A DNA stretch of 64,000 nucleotides, taken from Actinomycetota bacterium. Its GTDB lineage: Bacteria; Actinomycetota; Acidimicrobiia; Spongiisociales; UBA5794. The stretch lies in contig JASJXX010000002.1 of the NCBI GenBank assembly GCA_030123765.1, forward strand, positions 459-64,458, read 5' to 3'. The stretch's first letter is position 1. The number at the start of each line of letters is the position of its first letter. The position numbers and the translations under genes were made by a program. Below the pieces are notes generated by a model. That model made no database searches. It was not told where the DNA came from and saw nothing but the letters and a program-made list of their open reading frames with translations. Shown piece by piece: positions 33,678 through 43,010 of the stretch.

Positions 33678-33813
33678 TGGTCGACCTCATATAGATACCC
33701 GGATTGTGCCACATGGCGGTGAACTCACCCCTTAGGATGGCACAGTGACAGACGAAGCACCTGTTCGGAACGACAAGCGAACTATCTTTGGATGGGCGAC
33801 GTAGGCTTCAGTG

Positions 33814-35628
33814 TCAGGCAGCCGTGATGAGTTGCAACTCCTCGAAACGCAGTGCTGGTAGGACCTCCGTCGCCTTCCACCACCAGGTGTCCTTGTACGC
33901 ATCACCCACAACCGACTCCAATGTGGCGATGGGTATGAGGTCGATGTGAACATTGAGACTCTCAATGAGGTGGCGCCTGTCCTCACCGTCCGTGATCTCC
34001 CGTAGCCGAGCCACATCAGACGACCCATCCAGCCACTTCGCTACGTCCTCCTCTGACGGACCAGCAGCAGTGAGCCGAGCCTGCACCGCTCCGACTTGGT
34101 CGATCACCATGTCAGCCTGAGCGTTCAGGTCACGTACGGCGTCTCGGAGTGATGCAGCCGCGCGTTCATCGGTGGTGGTGTACGAGTCTGACCTTGCCCG
34201 AACAAACGCATCCTCCAACGTGACAAGCCGAGTCCGCATCGTGGCGAGGTCCAGTCTGTCCTGAAGGACGTCGTCGCTGTTGCCTGTCTGTGCCTCGGCA
34301 ATGGTCGCTGCCAGATCAATCGATGGCGTGTCATCGAGGTAGTCACCAGCATCTTCCAAACGGTGTCCTCCGAGGCTTGAGCGTCCACGTACTTGCGTTC
34401 AAAGTCGCAGCCCTTGTACCCGGCGTTGGAACACCCATACCGTCGTGCATCTCGACGCCGGCCAGCGCATCTCCGATGACCACCGCAGGTCTTCCCTCCG
34501 CAGTGATCCGCGTTGACAGTGGATAGACGGACAGCGTCTCCGGCACGCCTCGTGTTCGTGCACGCAACGTGCCCATCACGTCTGCATGCACGGAAGGTTT
34601 GATGATGACCGGATGCTTGATCAGGTATTCGCCGTGGTGGGTGTGACCGGAGGACAGACGATTCTGGAGATACAAGTGACGGACCTTGTTGTGCGACCAT
34701 TTCGTCTTGCGTGAGGTCACCAGTCCGAGCGAACCGCCCCCTAAGGGGTGTGTTGTCTTGTCCTTGTCTTTCCTGCCCGATGTGGGTGATCCTGGCACAG
34801 TCTTGGTGACGGAGGTAGGTAATTCGACCAAGGTAGAACCCCCTACTCAGAGTGAAGGAGAATCACGTGACAATCGTCGAAGTAGTGGCAGAGGAAACGC
34901 AGAAGTTCAGGACAGGACAGACAACGCAATCGGAGTTCGTGGAACGGGTGACGGCAGCGGACCAGTACAGGCAGGATCAGCTGGCAGCCCTCGGCGGGGA
35001 AGGCGTGTTCAGCGTCGTTCGCCACGTCATGAGCCCCGAGCGTCTCGCTCAGTTCCAGTAACCGTGGAACAGCCAACCATCTGGGTACGCAAGGCGCCGC
35101 CGTCAAAGATCACGACGTGGCCGTTCACAAGGAGGGGCATCCCAGACCTCACTGACAGGCCGAAGGTCTGTGAGCACTGTGGAACGTGAGGTAGCCGTCG
35201 GAACGGATACCCCCTCCGCTGCGCCAAGGCTGAGAGCGTTGGGTACGAATCGGCATGACGCCGCCCGTTGTGTGACGCAGAAGACAGGCCTTGAGTGGGG
35301 GAGGAGATGCAACATGATTGACGGGAGTACGCCGGTGTCGAGAGAGGTCAACAACCTCGTGATCTGTTGGCGAGGTCTCGACCTGAACAGAGCGATGGGT
35401 TATCCCCTCGTTGAGGTGGAGAGTGGTGGCACGTCGAAGGACAGACGGGTGCAAAGGAAGACGGTGTTCAATGGACCGGGTGCGAACGGGATGACCTTCG
35501 GCATCGGCTCGACCAGATGCTGGAGGGTCTTGGAATCCTGCCCCTTTCGTCGGAACGTATACCCCCCGTCGGGGCAGGATCAGATGGGATAGGGGACAGC
35601 TCCCGATGAGGCGGCATGGAACAGCCAT
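33814..35628 (-). pseudogene. Large serine recombinase, multiply frameshifted remnant
   Basis: Three different minus-strand frames carry successive domains. The recombinase domain is KWSHNKVRHLYLQNR...KHPVIIKPSVHADVMGTLRAR (34343-34831 frame). The zinc ribbon is YGCSNAGYKGCDFERKYVDAQASEDTVWKML (34125-34700 frame). The C-terminal coiled coil lies in the 33814-34359 frame. Weak resolvase-like traces (EVVDLSRHRR) lie upstream of 35100. Local GC is about 52 %. Confidence 0.55.
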
Positions 35629-36186
35629 GGTCGTCGCGCACAGGCAAGGTACTGAGTCATACCTGGTGATGCTTGAGGGTGACCGGATGGCTGTCTAGGA
35701 GGCACCGAGTGAGGGAGAGCAGGACAGGGTGACCGGCAGTCGGTTCAGTGACGATTGTTCAGGCAACTCCGAGTCGCTCCTAGACCCCGCAACTGCATCA
35801 CGTCCGCTACCAGTGAGAAGCAGTTTTGAGCCACCTCAGCAGGCTCTCTCAGCGATCGATTCAGGGATGAACGACCAGACCCATACACACGAGGGAAACA
35901 CGAGGCAGGTACTGAGGTGGCTCTCACGGCCGCATCGAACTCGTCCGAAATCGAGACCGAGTGCACCCCGGCAATCTGGTCCGGGGATCGATTTGATCGG
36001 TGCCTCTGTCGTCAAGGTTGCACCGGGTGGCGGAGGAGTGATCGCCGTTGTCGACTCTGGCAGGGTTGTTGTACCAGTCGAGCCGTCACATGCCGCGACG
36101 ACCTCGACGAGGACGCGCCCGCTGCGCACAGGGGGTTTCATAACGGTCGGATCCTAGAGCGGTGTCAGGAAAACCCATGGAGGCCA

Positions 36187-37407
36187 TCACAGCGTACGAA
36201 GTGCCTCGGTTGGGGACACCCGTGCGGCGCGCATGGCCGGGTACAGCCCGGCAACAGCACCGATGACAAGCGCCGCTGCGATCCCACCAACGATCGCAAC
36301 AGCCGGGACAAGCACTTCCCAGCCCCGGTACGTCGCATACGCCGCCGTCACGGCAGCGCCCATCAGCACACCGCCGATACCTCCGATGGTCGAGAGCAGC
36401 AGCGACTCGCCAAGGAACTGGACAGAGATGTGGCGTCTCGTCGCTCCAAGCGCCCTTCTCAGACCGATCTCCCCTCGTCGCTCGAGAACCGATATCACCA
36501 TCACGTTTGCGATGCCGACACCCCCGACCAGCAACGCAACAGCTCCAAGCCCGAGGAAGAGGTTCGTCAAAGCGGATTCAGCAGCCTCCCTCGCTTCCAG
36601 CGCGTCGGAAGGCCTCGTGACCTCGACCTGATCCGGATTCTCGGGGTTGACGGTGGCTGCCATCACGTTGCGGACATCGTCAATAGAAGACGGGTCCATC
36701 CGCACGTAAATCGTCGACGGGACGAGGTCGGACTCGAGGTAGGTCTCAGCCGCTCCGACGGTGACCAGCGCTGCACGGTCGAGGTCGGGAGACAGATCAA
36801 GGCTCTCCAGGATCCCGACCACTGCGAACCATTCGTCACCGAGCCACACCGATATCGCAGTGTCAAGCGATCGGATCCCAAGCCGGTCTGCAGCCACGGA
36901 GCCCAGCACGACAACCGGGTATTCGGGACTCGCCTGATCGAGAAACACGCCGTCGGCCATCGAACCCTGCAACGTGCTGAGAAGATTCGTGTCCACCGCT
37001 CGCACGTTCAGGCCGCTCGTCTGGCCCGAAGGTACATAGTCAGATCGATAGACGCGTGCGCTCCCGACATCGGCAACCGCTGCGACGGCCTCCACTGGCG
37101 CGATCCGCGTGATCATCGCTGGGGCATCGCCCGGCAGCTCCCCGGGGCCAAGGCCGATCCCCGTGCTCGCCCGGACCTGGAGCATGTTCGTCCCGAGCTG
37201 ATCGAGCTGCGCCAGAAGATCAGATTTGGAGCTCTCGGACAAGCCGAGCACAGCGACCATCGCGCCGACACCGATCATGATGCCGAGCGCGGACAGCACG
37301 GACCGCAAACGTCGCGTCCGAAGGCCGATTCCCGCGGCCCTGATCATGTCTGCGGGTGCCAGACGTGAGGGGGCGATCGTGTCGCCGGCTGGGGCTTCGA
37401 CCGTCAT
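36187..37407 (-). CDS. ABC transporter permease, MacB/FtsX type
   Basis: It is 406 aa with an N-terminal TM helix, a large extracytoplasmic domain, and three C-terminal TM helices of FtsX type. It overlaps the ATPase gene. Confidence 0.88.
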   Translation of the reverse strand: MTVEAPAGDTIAPSRLAPADMIRAAGIGLRTRRLRSVLSALGIMIGVGAMVAVLGLSESSKSDLLAQLDQLGTNMLQVRASTGIGLGPGELPGDAPAMITRIAPVEAVAAVADVGSARVYRSDYVPSGQTSGLNVRAVDTNLLSTLQGSMADGVFLDQASPEYPVVVLGSVAADRLGIRSLDTAISVWLGDEWFAVVGILESLDLSPDLDRAALVTVGAAETYLESDLVPSTIYVRMDPSSIDDVRNVMAATVNPENPDQVEVTRPSDALEAREAAESALTNLFLGLGAVALLVGGVGIANVMVISVLERRGEIGLRRALGATRRHISVQFLGESLLLSTIGGIGGVLMGAAVTAAYATYRGWEVLVPAVAIVGGIAAALVIGAVAGLYPAMRAARVSPTEALRTL

Positions 37408-38114
37408 CCCGAGTCCGCCACATCGCTCTCGATACGACCGTCGAGAATCGAGACCTGGCGAGGGAACCTCTGCGCCAGCTCACGGTCGTGTGTGATCACA
37501 ACGATCGTGGTTCCGTCAGCGTTCAACGAGAGGAGCAGGTCGACGATCGCCGCACCGGTCTTGCTGTCAAGGTTCCCTGTCGGTTCGTCTGCCAGAACGA
37601 TGCTGGGACTTCCGATGAGCGCCCGCGCGATTGCGACACGCTGTCGCTCCCCACCAGAGAGCTTCGTCGCCATGTGCGAGGATCTGTGTGCGAGCCCGAC
37701 GCGATCGAGAGACGCGCGTGCGTGCTCTCTCCGGTGCGACAGCGGCATGCCCGTGTACAGAAGCCCATCAGCCACATTGTCGAGGGCGGTCTCGCCTGCC
37801 AGCAGGAAGAACTGCTGGAAGACGAACCCTATGTGCCTCGATCTGATTGCAGCGAGATTCTTATCTGGCTGGGTTGCGACGTCGACGCCCGCTACGGTGA
37901 CCGTGCCAGATGTTGCTCTGTCGAGCGTTCCCATAATGTGCAGCAACGTCGACTTACCGCTCCCTGAGGGGCCGACAATGGTCACCAATTCACCGTCGGC
38001 TATCGAGAGGTCCACGTCAACGAGCGCCCGCACCGGGGGGGTCCCATCGTACGTCTTCGTTACCCCTGACAGCCCAAGCGCCAGACGCTGAGGTGCGATG
38101 ATGCTGGCAGTCAC
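37404..38114 (-). CDS. ABC transporter ATP-binding protein (MacB/LolD-like)
   Basis: It has Walker A GPSGSGKST, the signature LSGGERQRVAIARAL and Walker B IVLADEPT. Confidence 0.93.
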   Translation of the reverse strand: MTASIIAPQRLALGLSGVTKTYDGTPPVRALVDVDLSIADGELVTIVGPSGSGKSTLLHIMGTLDRATSGTVTVAGVDVATQPDKNLAAIRSRHIGFVFQQFFLLAGETALDNVADGLLYTGMPLSHRREHARASLDRVGLAHRSSHMATKLSGGERQRVAIARALIGSPSIVLADEPTGNLDSKTGAAIVDLLLSLNADGTTIVVITHDRELAQRFPRQVSILDGRIESDVADSG

Positions 38115-39667
38115 GGAAGGACTACTTCCATTCCCTCGGCCAGTACATCGGAGGTGACCTCGACGAGCCCGTCCGCGAACAGACCCGGGTCGACGGCCAC
38201 GAGAACGACCGAACCTTCCTCCGTCACGACCTCAACGGCGTAGCCGCCCTCGGAGAGCGCGAGAAGCGCGGTGACAGGCACCGCAAGCACGTCGTCGGCG
38301 CGGTCACTCACAATCTCGACGTCGACCGGTGCCTCATCGAGGCCAGGAGCGGCGTCCGGGTCCACCAGGGTCACCAACATCTCGAAGAACGTGGCCCCCT
38401 GCTGGTTCGCCTGGACGACAGTGCCTATCTCGGAAACGACACCTGGCTCTCTCGACGCGTCTGGGAGGATCACGACGACGGAGAGGCCAACCTCCACAAG
38501 GTCCTGATCGTCCGTCGAAAGGTCGACCGAAACATTCGTGGCATTGGACGATGCCGAAAGGATCTGCATGCCGTCTCGCAACTCGTCACCCACGGAGACC
38601 AGCGTTTCTCCGACGCGGATGGGTTCGGGGAGGAACACGACGTCTCCGAGGTTCACGATCCCGTCGGGTCGTGCGCCAACCGACACCTGCCACAGAACGA
38701 CGGCCGCTGCGGTCGCAACGTTGAACGTGCCGTCAGATGCCAGGCCGGATCCGAACCCGAGTTCTTCGAGGGCAACCTGGAGTTGGAGGACGTCTGCCCC
38801 CTCGACGCCGACCTCCATGAGGCGGTAGGCCGGTACGTCACCGAGGAGCAACACGACGGGCTCGCCATCGATCGCCAACAACACGTCGCCCTGATCGAGA
38901 GTCTCACCTTCGGCAACGAGGTGCGTGACAGTCCCGGTGAGTGCGCGAGACGTCGTCACAATGCCACTCCCGGCACCTATCTGATCCCCGACTCGCACGA
39001 GCACCTCAGAGACGTAGGTCGCATCCGAGCCGAACAGGACCGCTCCAAGTTCGAGTCTTCCGGTCTCGTCGGCGCCTATGGACTCCTGAAGCAGCTCGAT
39101 GGCGTCCCTCGTTGCGCTCGTGAAATCCTCGTCGATCGTCATGTCGCCATCGGGATCGAACCCGAGATCGGCAAGCGCCTGTTCGAGCTGTTCAATGTCG
39201 GTCCCGTCGCTCATGCGAGAGTGGAACGACCGGTATTGGGGCGTATCGCCTGCAAGGACGACAACGGGGACCGTGTTCACGTCGTACAGCACATCGCCCG
39301 GCGTCACCACGGCGCCCTCGTCGACGATGTCAGTCACGACTCCGGCTGCCAGCCCCGTCACAACGGTCACACCGACGGGCGACGTCCGAAAGATGACGGT
39401 GTCCGTGGAGCCGAAGCCGAGCGTGCCCGAGAGCGTCACCGTCTCGACGATATCGGTCCGTTGGACGGTGGCAGTGGTCAGCGACCCGGCATCAGCCACA
39501 TCGTCCGCGGCTCCGTCGGAGAGCACGGCGACCGCGATTCCTGCGACCGCGACAAGCCCGATCGACACGGCGACGATCCATAGCCATCGCCTCCGCCTCG
39601 ACCCTGACGACTCAACCATCGCTTCTGAAGGCGGGGACGCTTCGGTTTCAATGCCATCCACGGTCAT
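38111..39667 (-). CDS. Membrane-anchored HlyD-like adaptor with two peptidoglycan-binding (PG_binding_1-like) repeats
   Basis: It has the N-terminal TM WLWIVAVSIGLVAVAGIAVAVL. Two repeats, DIEQLEQALADLGFDPDGDMTIDEDFTSATRDAIELLQ and DVLQLQVALEELGFGSGLASDGTFNVATAAAVVLWQ, are embedded in a beta-rich adaptor. Confidence 0.75.
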   Translation of the reverse strand: MTVDGIETEASPPSEAMVESSGSRRRRWLWIVAVSIGLVAVAGIAVAVLSDGAADDVADAGSLTTATVQRTDIVETVTLSGTLGFGSTDTVIFRTSPVGVTVVTGLAAGVVTDIVDEGAVVTPGDVLYDVNTVPVVVLAGDTPQYRSFHSRMSDGTDIEQLEQALADLGFDPDGDMTIDEDFTSATRDAIELLQESIGADETGRLELGAVLFGSDATYVSEVLVRVGDQIGAGSGIVTTSRALTGTVTHLVAEGETLDQGDVLLAIDGEPVVLLLGDVPAYRLMEVGVEGADVLQLQVALEELGFGSGLASDGTFNVATAAAVVLWQVSVGARPDGIVNLGDVVFLPEPIRVGETLVSVGDELRDGMQILSASSNATNVSVDLSTDDQDLVEVGLSVVVILPDASREPGVVSEIGTVVQANQQGATFFEMLVTLVDPDAAPGLDEAPVDVEIVSDRADDVLAVPVTALLALSEGGYAVEVVTEEGSVVLVAVDPGLFADGLVEVTSDVLAEGMEVVLP

Positions 39668-40266
39668 CAGCCGCCACCGTCACGGCTACCGCCGCCACCG
39701 AATCGGAAGCCACCACCGAACACGTCCCGGCACTCCTCGAACGCCGACTGAAACTCCGGGTCCTGCGGATCGAAGTCCTCGCCGAAGGGGCCTCCGCCAC
39801 CACCACCCTGGCCTCCAAGGAAGTTCGAGAAGTCTGGATCCGGCATGTCGTAGCCGTTGTCGCGTATGCACACGGCGAATTCGTACAGCGTATCTTCGAT
39901 CTCTGACCGGTCGATGCTCCCCGGGCCGAATGCGAGGCCTACGAGATGCTCCTGACAGGCCTCGAACGCCGCCCTGATCTCGGCCCTGTCGGCTTCGCTG
40001 TTGCGCTGCGCACCGCCGAAACGGAAACCGACGGAGCCATCTGCCCCGATGTCAGGATCTTCGAAGTCCTCGATGCCGTTGTCCCTCATGCACTGTGCGA
40101 AGGCAAGAACAGCATCCTCGTCGATGCCATCGAGCGGAACATCTTCGGTCTCGATCCCGAGATCGGCGTTGAGCTCTTCAAGTGATGCGACAGCCGTCCC
40201 AACGTCGCCGCTACATGCGGCGAGGATGAGCGCACAAGCGCTCAGGGCGATGAGTATTCGTTCCAT
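39667..40266 (-). CDS. Lipoprotein with repeated Cys-containing acidic modules
   Basis: It has the signal plus lipobox LSACALILAACSGD. Internal repeats are FAQCMRDNGIEDFEDPD and FAVCIRDNGYDMPDPD, plus FEACQEHL and FEECRDVF. It has a Gly-rich tail and is the first gene of the ABC operon. Confidence 0.7.
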   Translation of the reverse strand: MERILIALSACALILAACSGDVGTAVASLEELNADLGIETEDVPLDGIDEDAVLAFAQCMRDNGIEDFEDPDIGADGSVGFRFGGAQRNSEADRAEIRAAFEACQEHLVGLAFGPGSIDRSEIEDTLYEFAVCIRDNGYDMPDPDFSNFLGGQGGGGGGPFGEDFDPQDPEFQSAFEECRDVFGGGFRFGGGGSRDGGG

Positions 40267-40569
40267 GGATGCTCCTGATAGATGGCTGCCCCTTGTAGTT
40301 AACAGGTCGCGCCTAAATGCAGGCTAATAGATGCCTAAGGAGAGTCTGAGAATCCGATACACCAGTTCGAGCATGCGCAACCGCATCGAGCTACCGTCGC
40401 CCCAACCATCGGCCTGTCGTCGTGTCCGTAATCGTACACGACGATGCCTCGAGTGAACTCCACGCCTTTCGCCGTCAGCTCTCTCACTCGTCGCGACAGA
40501 CCGCGAAAGGGCGCAGCACAGCTCCGCTGTCGTCGCCAGCTGGTCATCTCCGTATGCTCCAGACCGTGA

Positions 40570-40875
40570 GCGAAGGGAGCGTGCGGATCTCTGACCGGTT
40601 CTCGTCCAACCAACGCCGATAAGGGTGCGAGTGGTTGCTCGTGGGTTGCGGTGGCGTCAGCCGATCAGCCGATGTGTCCGCAGGTCGAGGTCGCCTTCCA
40701 CCAATTAGGGCATAGCAGCCATGGCTGCCGCAAGGCGCGGAGTATTCATGTGGGCGTCGAGCGCATCACCGTCCTGATACTCCTCGACCACGCCGCCTGC
40801 TCCCTCAACACTCGGCCTCGACAAACCCTCAACGACATGACACCATCAGAGAAACTCCTCCAAGTGTTGCAATGA
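40570..40875 (+). mobile_element. IS30-family transposase C-terminal remnant
   Basis: The open frame ends in SLNTRPRQTLNDMTPSEKLLQVLQ, matching the LNxRPRKxLGxxTPxE tail typical of IS30 transposases. No catalytic DDE region is present, and local GC is low. Confidence 0.35.
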
Positions 40876-40972
40876 CCCGCTGAACTCGCATCACATATGG
40901 GCGACTACTGAAAACGCCTCAAGAGCGACACGGCGGACCTTCGCGACGTCAACGGTCCCTGAAACAAGCAGA

Positions 40973-41001
40973 GGGACGGACCCCTTTGCGGAATCCGTCC
41001 C
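40973..41001 (-). terminator. Stem-loop downstream of the 41015-41368 gene
   Basis: There is a perfect 8-bp inverted repeat GGGACGGA (40973-40980) / TCCGTCCC (40994-41001) with a 13-nt loop, 14 nt after the stop codon. On the minus strand it is followed by a moderately T-rich stretch (TCTGCTTGTTT). Confidence 0.4.
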
Positions 41002-41014
41002 TTCCACTCAGTGA

Positions 41015-41368
41015 TCAGACGATAACTGAGAGTGCGTCGAACAGGTCGGCCTTCTTCATCGAGCTGTAGCCCTTGACTCCCTCCGCTTCCGCGATGGTCT
41101 TCAGGTTGGCTGCGCGAGCGACTGGAACATGCTCCTCGAAGGAAGCGAGTTCATCGTCTGTTGCGAGCCTGAAGGTGACTTGGTCGATCTTCACCAGGTG
41201 GCCGTTGAACTTGGCGATGTGCCGAGCCTTCGCTCTCGCTTCGCCCTCGTTCATACCGACCTTCTCGGCGAACTCAACCGTGGTGAGTTCTGCCTTCTTC
41301 GTCTCGGTGAGGACGTTGTAAACGGAACCGATACGGCTGTTCTTCCGGTAAGAAGCGTTGACTGACAT
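41015..41368 (-). CDS. Small protein with C-terminal Rho_N/SAP-like helix-extended-helix
   Basis: The C-terminus reads NLKTIAEAEGVKGYSSMKKADLFDALS. ATG 41368 is preceded by AAAGGA at 8 nt. GC is low relative to the genome. Confidence 0.6.
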   Translation of the reverse strand: MSVNASYRKNSRIGSVYNVLTETKKAELTTVEFAEKVGMNEGEARAKARHIAKFNGHLVKIDQVTFRLATDDELASFEEHVPVARAANLKTIAEAEGVKGYSSMKKADLFDALSVIV

Positions 41369-41652
41369 TGTGTGTCCTTTCGGATTGTCCCTTGGCGCTG
41401 GTCGGCCTTCCATTCACCGGCTGAGGTCAATGAATGCAGGGGGAACCAGCGCAAGACTTTTGACTTGCTGTCTGGTCACTTCCTCCATCCCGCTGTTTCC
41501 GTATCCGGCATTCTGGGCTGTCCCGCCCGGGCGATGAATGCTTTGGGGGAGGCGTCCCTCCGTATGCGGCCCTAAGGGGGAAGTAAGGGCAAAGTAACCC
41601 CCGCGTGTAATGTTGTACAGTCGATAATCAATGAATTGTGAGCAGTGGTGTT

Positions 41653-42969
41653 ATGCAGGTGAATCCCAGTGACGACAAGGGCTATCGCAATAACTCTAAA
41701 GTGATATTCGGATGGGCGATGTACGACTGGGCTAACTCGGCCTATATCACCATCTTCGGCGCGATCGTTGCTGCCTTCTTCGCCAGCGAGATCATGACGA
41801 ACGACACACACTGGGGTTTATCAGCGGAAGCCCTATGGTCGATCTTCATCGGGCTCGGGTCCATCGTCCTGCTGCTCGCCATGCCGATCCTCGGCGCCAT
41901 CGCCGACTACACGAATGGGAAGAGACGCTTCCTCAGGAACTTCGCCATCGTCGGCGCTCTGTTCACGATGCTCATCTCGCTCGTGCCCGGGGGGCAGGTG
42001 TCGCTCTTCCTCTTCGTCCTTGTCGTGAGCCAGTTCGGATTCGTGGCCGCGAACGTCTTCTATGACGGCTACCTGCCAGAGATCGCTTCAGACGACACGA
42101 TCGACCAGGTATCATCCAAAGGGTTCGCCCTCGGCTACCTCGGTGGCGGCATATATCTCGCCTTCGCCCTCGTCCTCATCTTGACCTCAAGCGATCAGGC
42201 CAGCGCCATTCGGATCGCGATCTTCGGCTCCGGGGTCTGGTGGTTGCTCTTCTCGGTCGTCTCGCTCGTCAGGCTTCCTTCCGACAGTGCCATCCTCAAG
42301 AAGAAGAGCCTGCGCGAGTACACCTCGATCGGATTTTCGAGGACGATGGCCACGACGCGCAAGCTCAGAGAATTCCCGCAGCTCCTGCGCTTCATCGTCG
42401 CATTCGTCATCTACAACTCCGGTACCGGAACGGTCATCGCCGTGTCGGGTGTGTACGCGATAGAGACTCTTGAGCTCGACGTAACGATGGTCGCGATGGC
42501 TTTCTTGATCGTGCAGTTCGTCGCATTCTTCGGCGCGTTCTTGCTCGGCGCGCTCGCGAGACGGATCGGACCGAAGACAGCGGTCATGATGACCCTGGTC
42601 GTGTGGGTCGGCGTCGCCGTCGGGGCGTACTTCCTCCCGGTGGGAGCGTCCTTAGGGTTCCTGGGACTCGCGGGTGTCATCGGATTCGTCCTCGGCGGAG
42701 TACAGGCACTCTCTCGCAGCCTCTATGGAACGATGATCCCGGAGGAGGCGTCCGCGGAGTTCTTCGGTTTCTACTCGGTGTTTTCGAAGATGTCGGGCTT
42801 CGGGCCGCTGATCTTCGGTATCGTGGCCGCGGTGAGCGGGTCCGGCCGGGCCGCCATCCTGTCTGTCGCGTTGTTCTTCATCGTCGGTCTCATTCTGCTC
42901 GCCCGTGTAGACATCGACGAAGCTCGTGCGTCACGTGACCGCTGGGATTTCGCAACGACCGATGGCTGA
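41653..42969 (+). CDS. MFS transporter, UMF1/Atg22-like family
   Basis: The N-terminus VIFGWAMYDWANSAYITIF is typical of the UMF1 family. It has about 12 TM helices. The start is ATG 41653 or GTG 41638. Confidence 0.8.
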   Translation: MQVNPSDDKGYRNNSKVIFGWAMYDWANSAYITIFGAIVAAFFASEIMTNDTHWGLSAEALWSIFIGLGSIVLLLAMPILGAIADYTNGKRRFLRNFAIVGALFTMLISLVPGGQVSLFLFVLVVSQFGFVAANVFYDGYLPEIASDDTIDQVSSKGFALGYLGGGIYLAFALVLILTSSDQASAIRIAIFGSGVWWLLFSVVSLVRLPSDSAILKKKSLREYTSIGFSRTMATTRKLREFPQLLRFIVAFVIYNSGTGTVIAVSGVYAIETLELDVTMVAMAFLIVQFVAFFGAFLLGALARRIGPKTAVMMTLVVWVGVAVGAYFLPVGASLGFLGLAGVIGFVLGGVQALSRSLYGTMIPEEASAEFFGFYSVFSKMSGFGPLIFGIVAAVSGSGRAAILSVALFFIVGLILLARVDIDEARASRDRWDFATTDG

Positions 42970-43010
42970 CGAGCGACGGCACACGCCATCGATGTGTGCA
43001 ATACTGCCGC

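Noticed and set aside
33706-33743. The inverted repeat GTGCCA...TGGCAC downstream of the recombinase relic.
   Set aside because: It has only 6 bp with a 26-nt loop and no T-tract. It is not convincing as a terminator or att site.
34852-35061. A small plus-strand ORF (64-69 aa) with a strong Shine-Dalgarno (GAAGGAG, then 6 nt, then GTG 34867) inside the degraded recombinase element.
   Set aside because: I can see no family similarity. It could be a real phage-derived mini-gene, but the evidence is limited to the SD and an open frame.
35917-37368. A 483-aa plus-strand ORF.
   Set aside because: It is antisense to the well-supported MacB-type permease, and its sequence is Arg/His/Asp-rich and non-protein-like.
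40335-40613. A minus-strand 92-aa ORF with a VOC/glyoxalase-like strand (ELTAKGVEFTRGIVVYDYGH).
   Set aside because: The match is a single short motif, the remainder is not protein-like, and it overlaps the IS30-tail frame. It is treated as debris of the low-GC patch.
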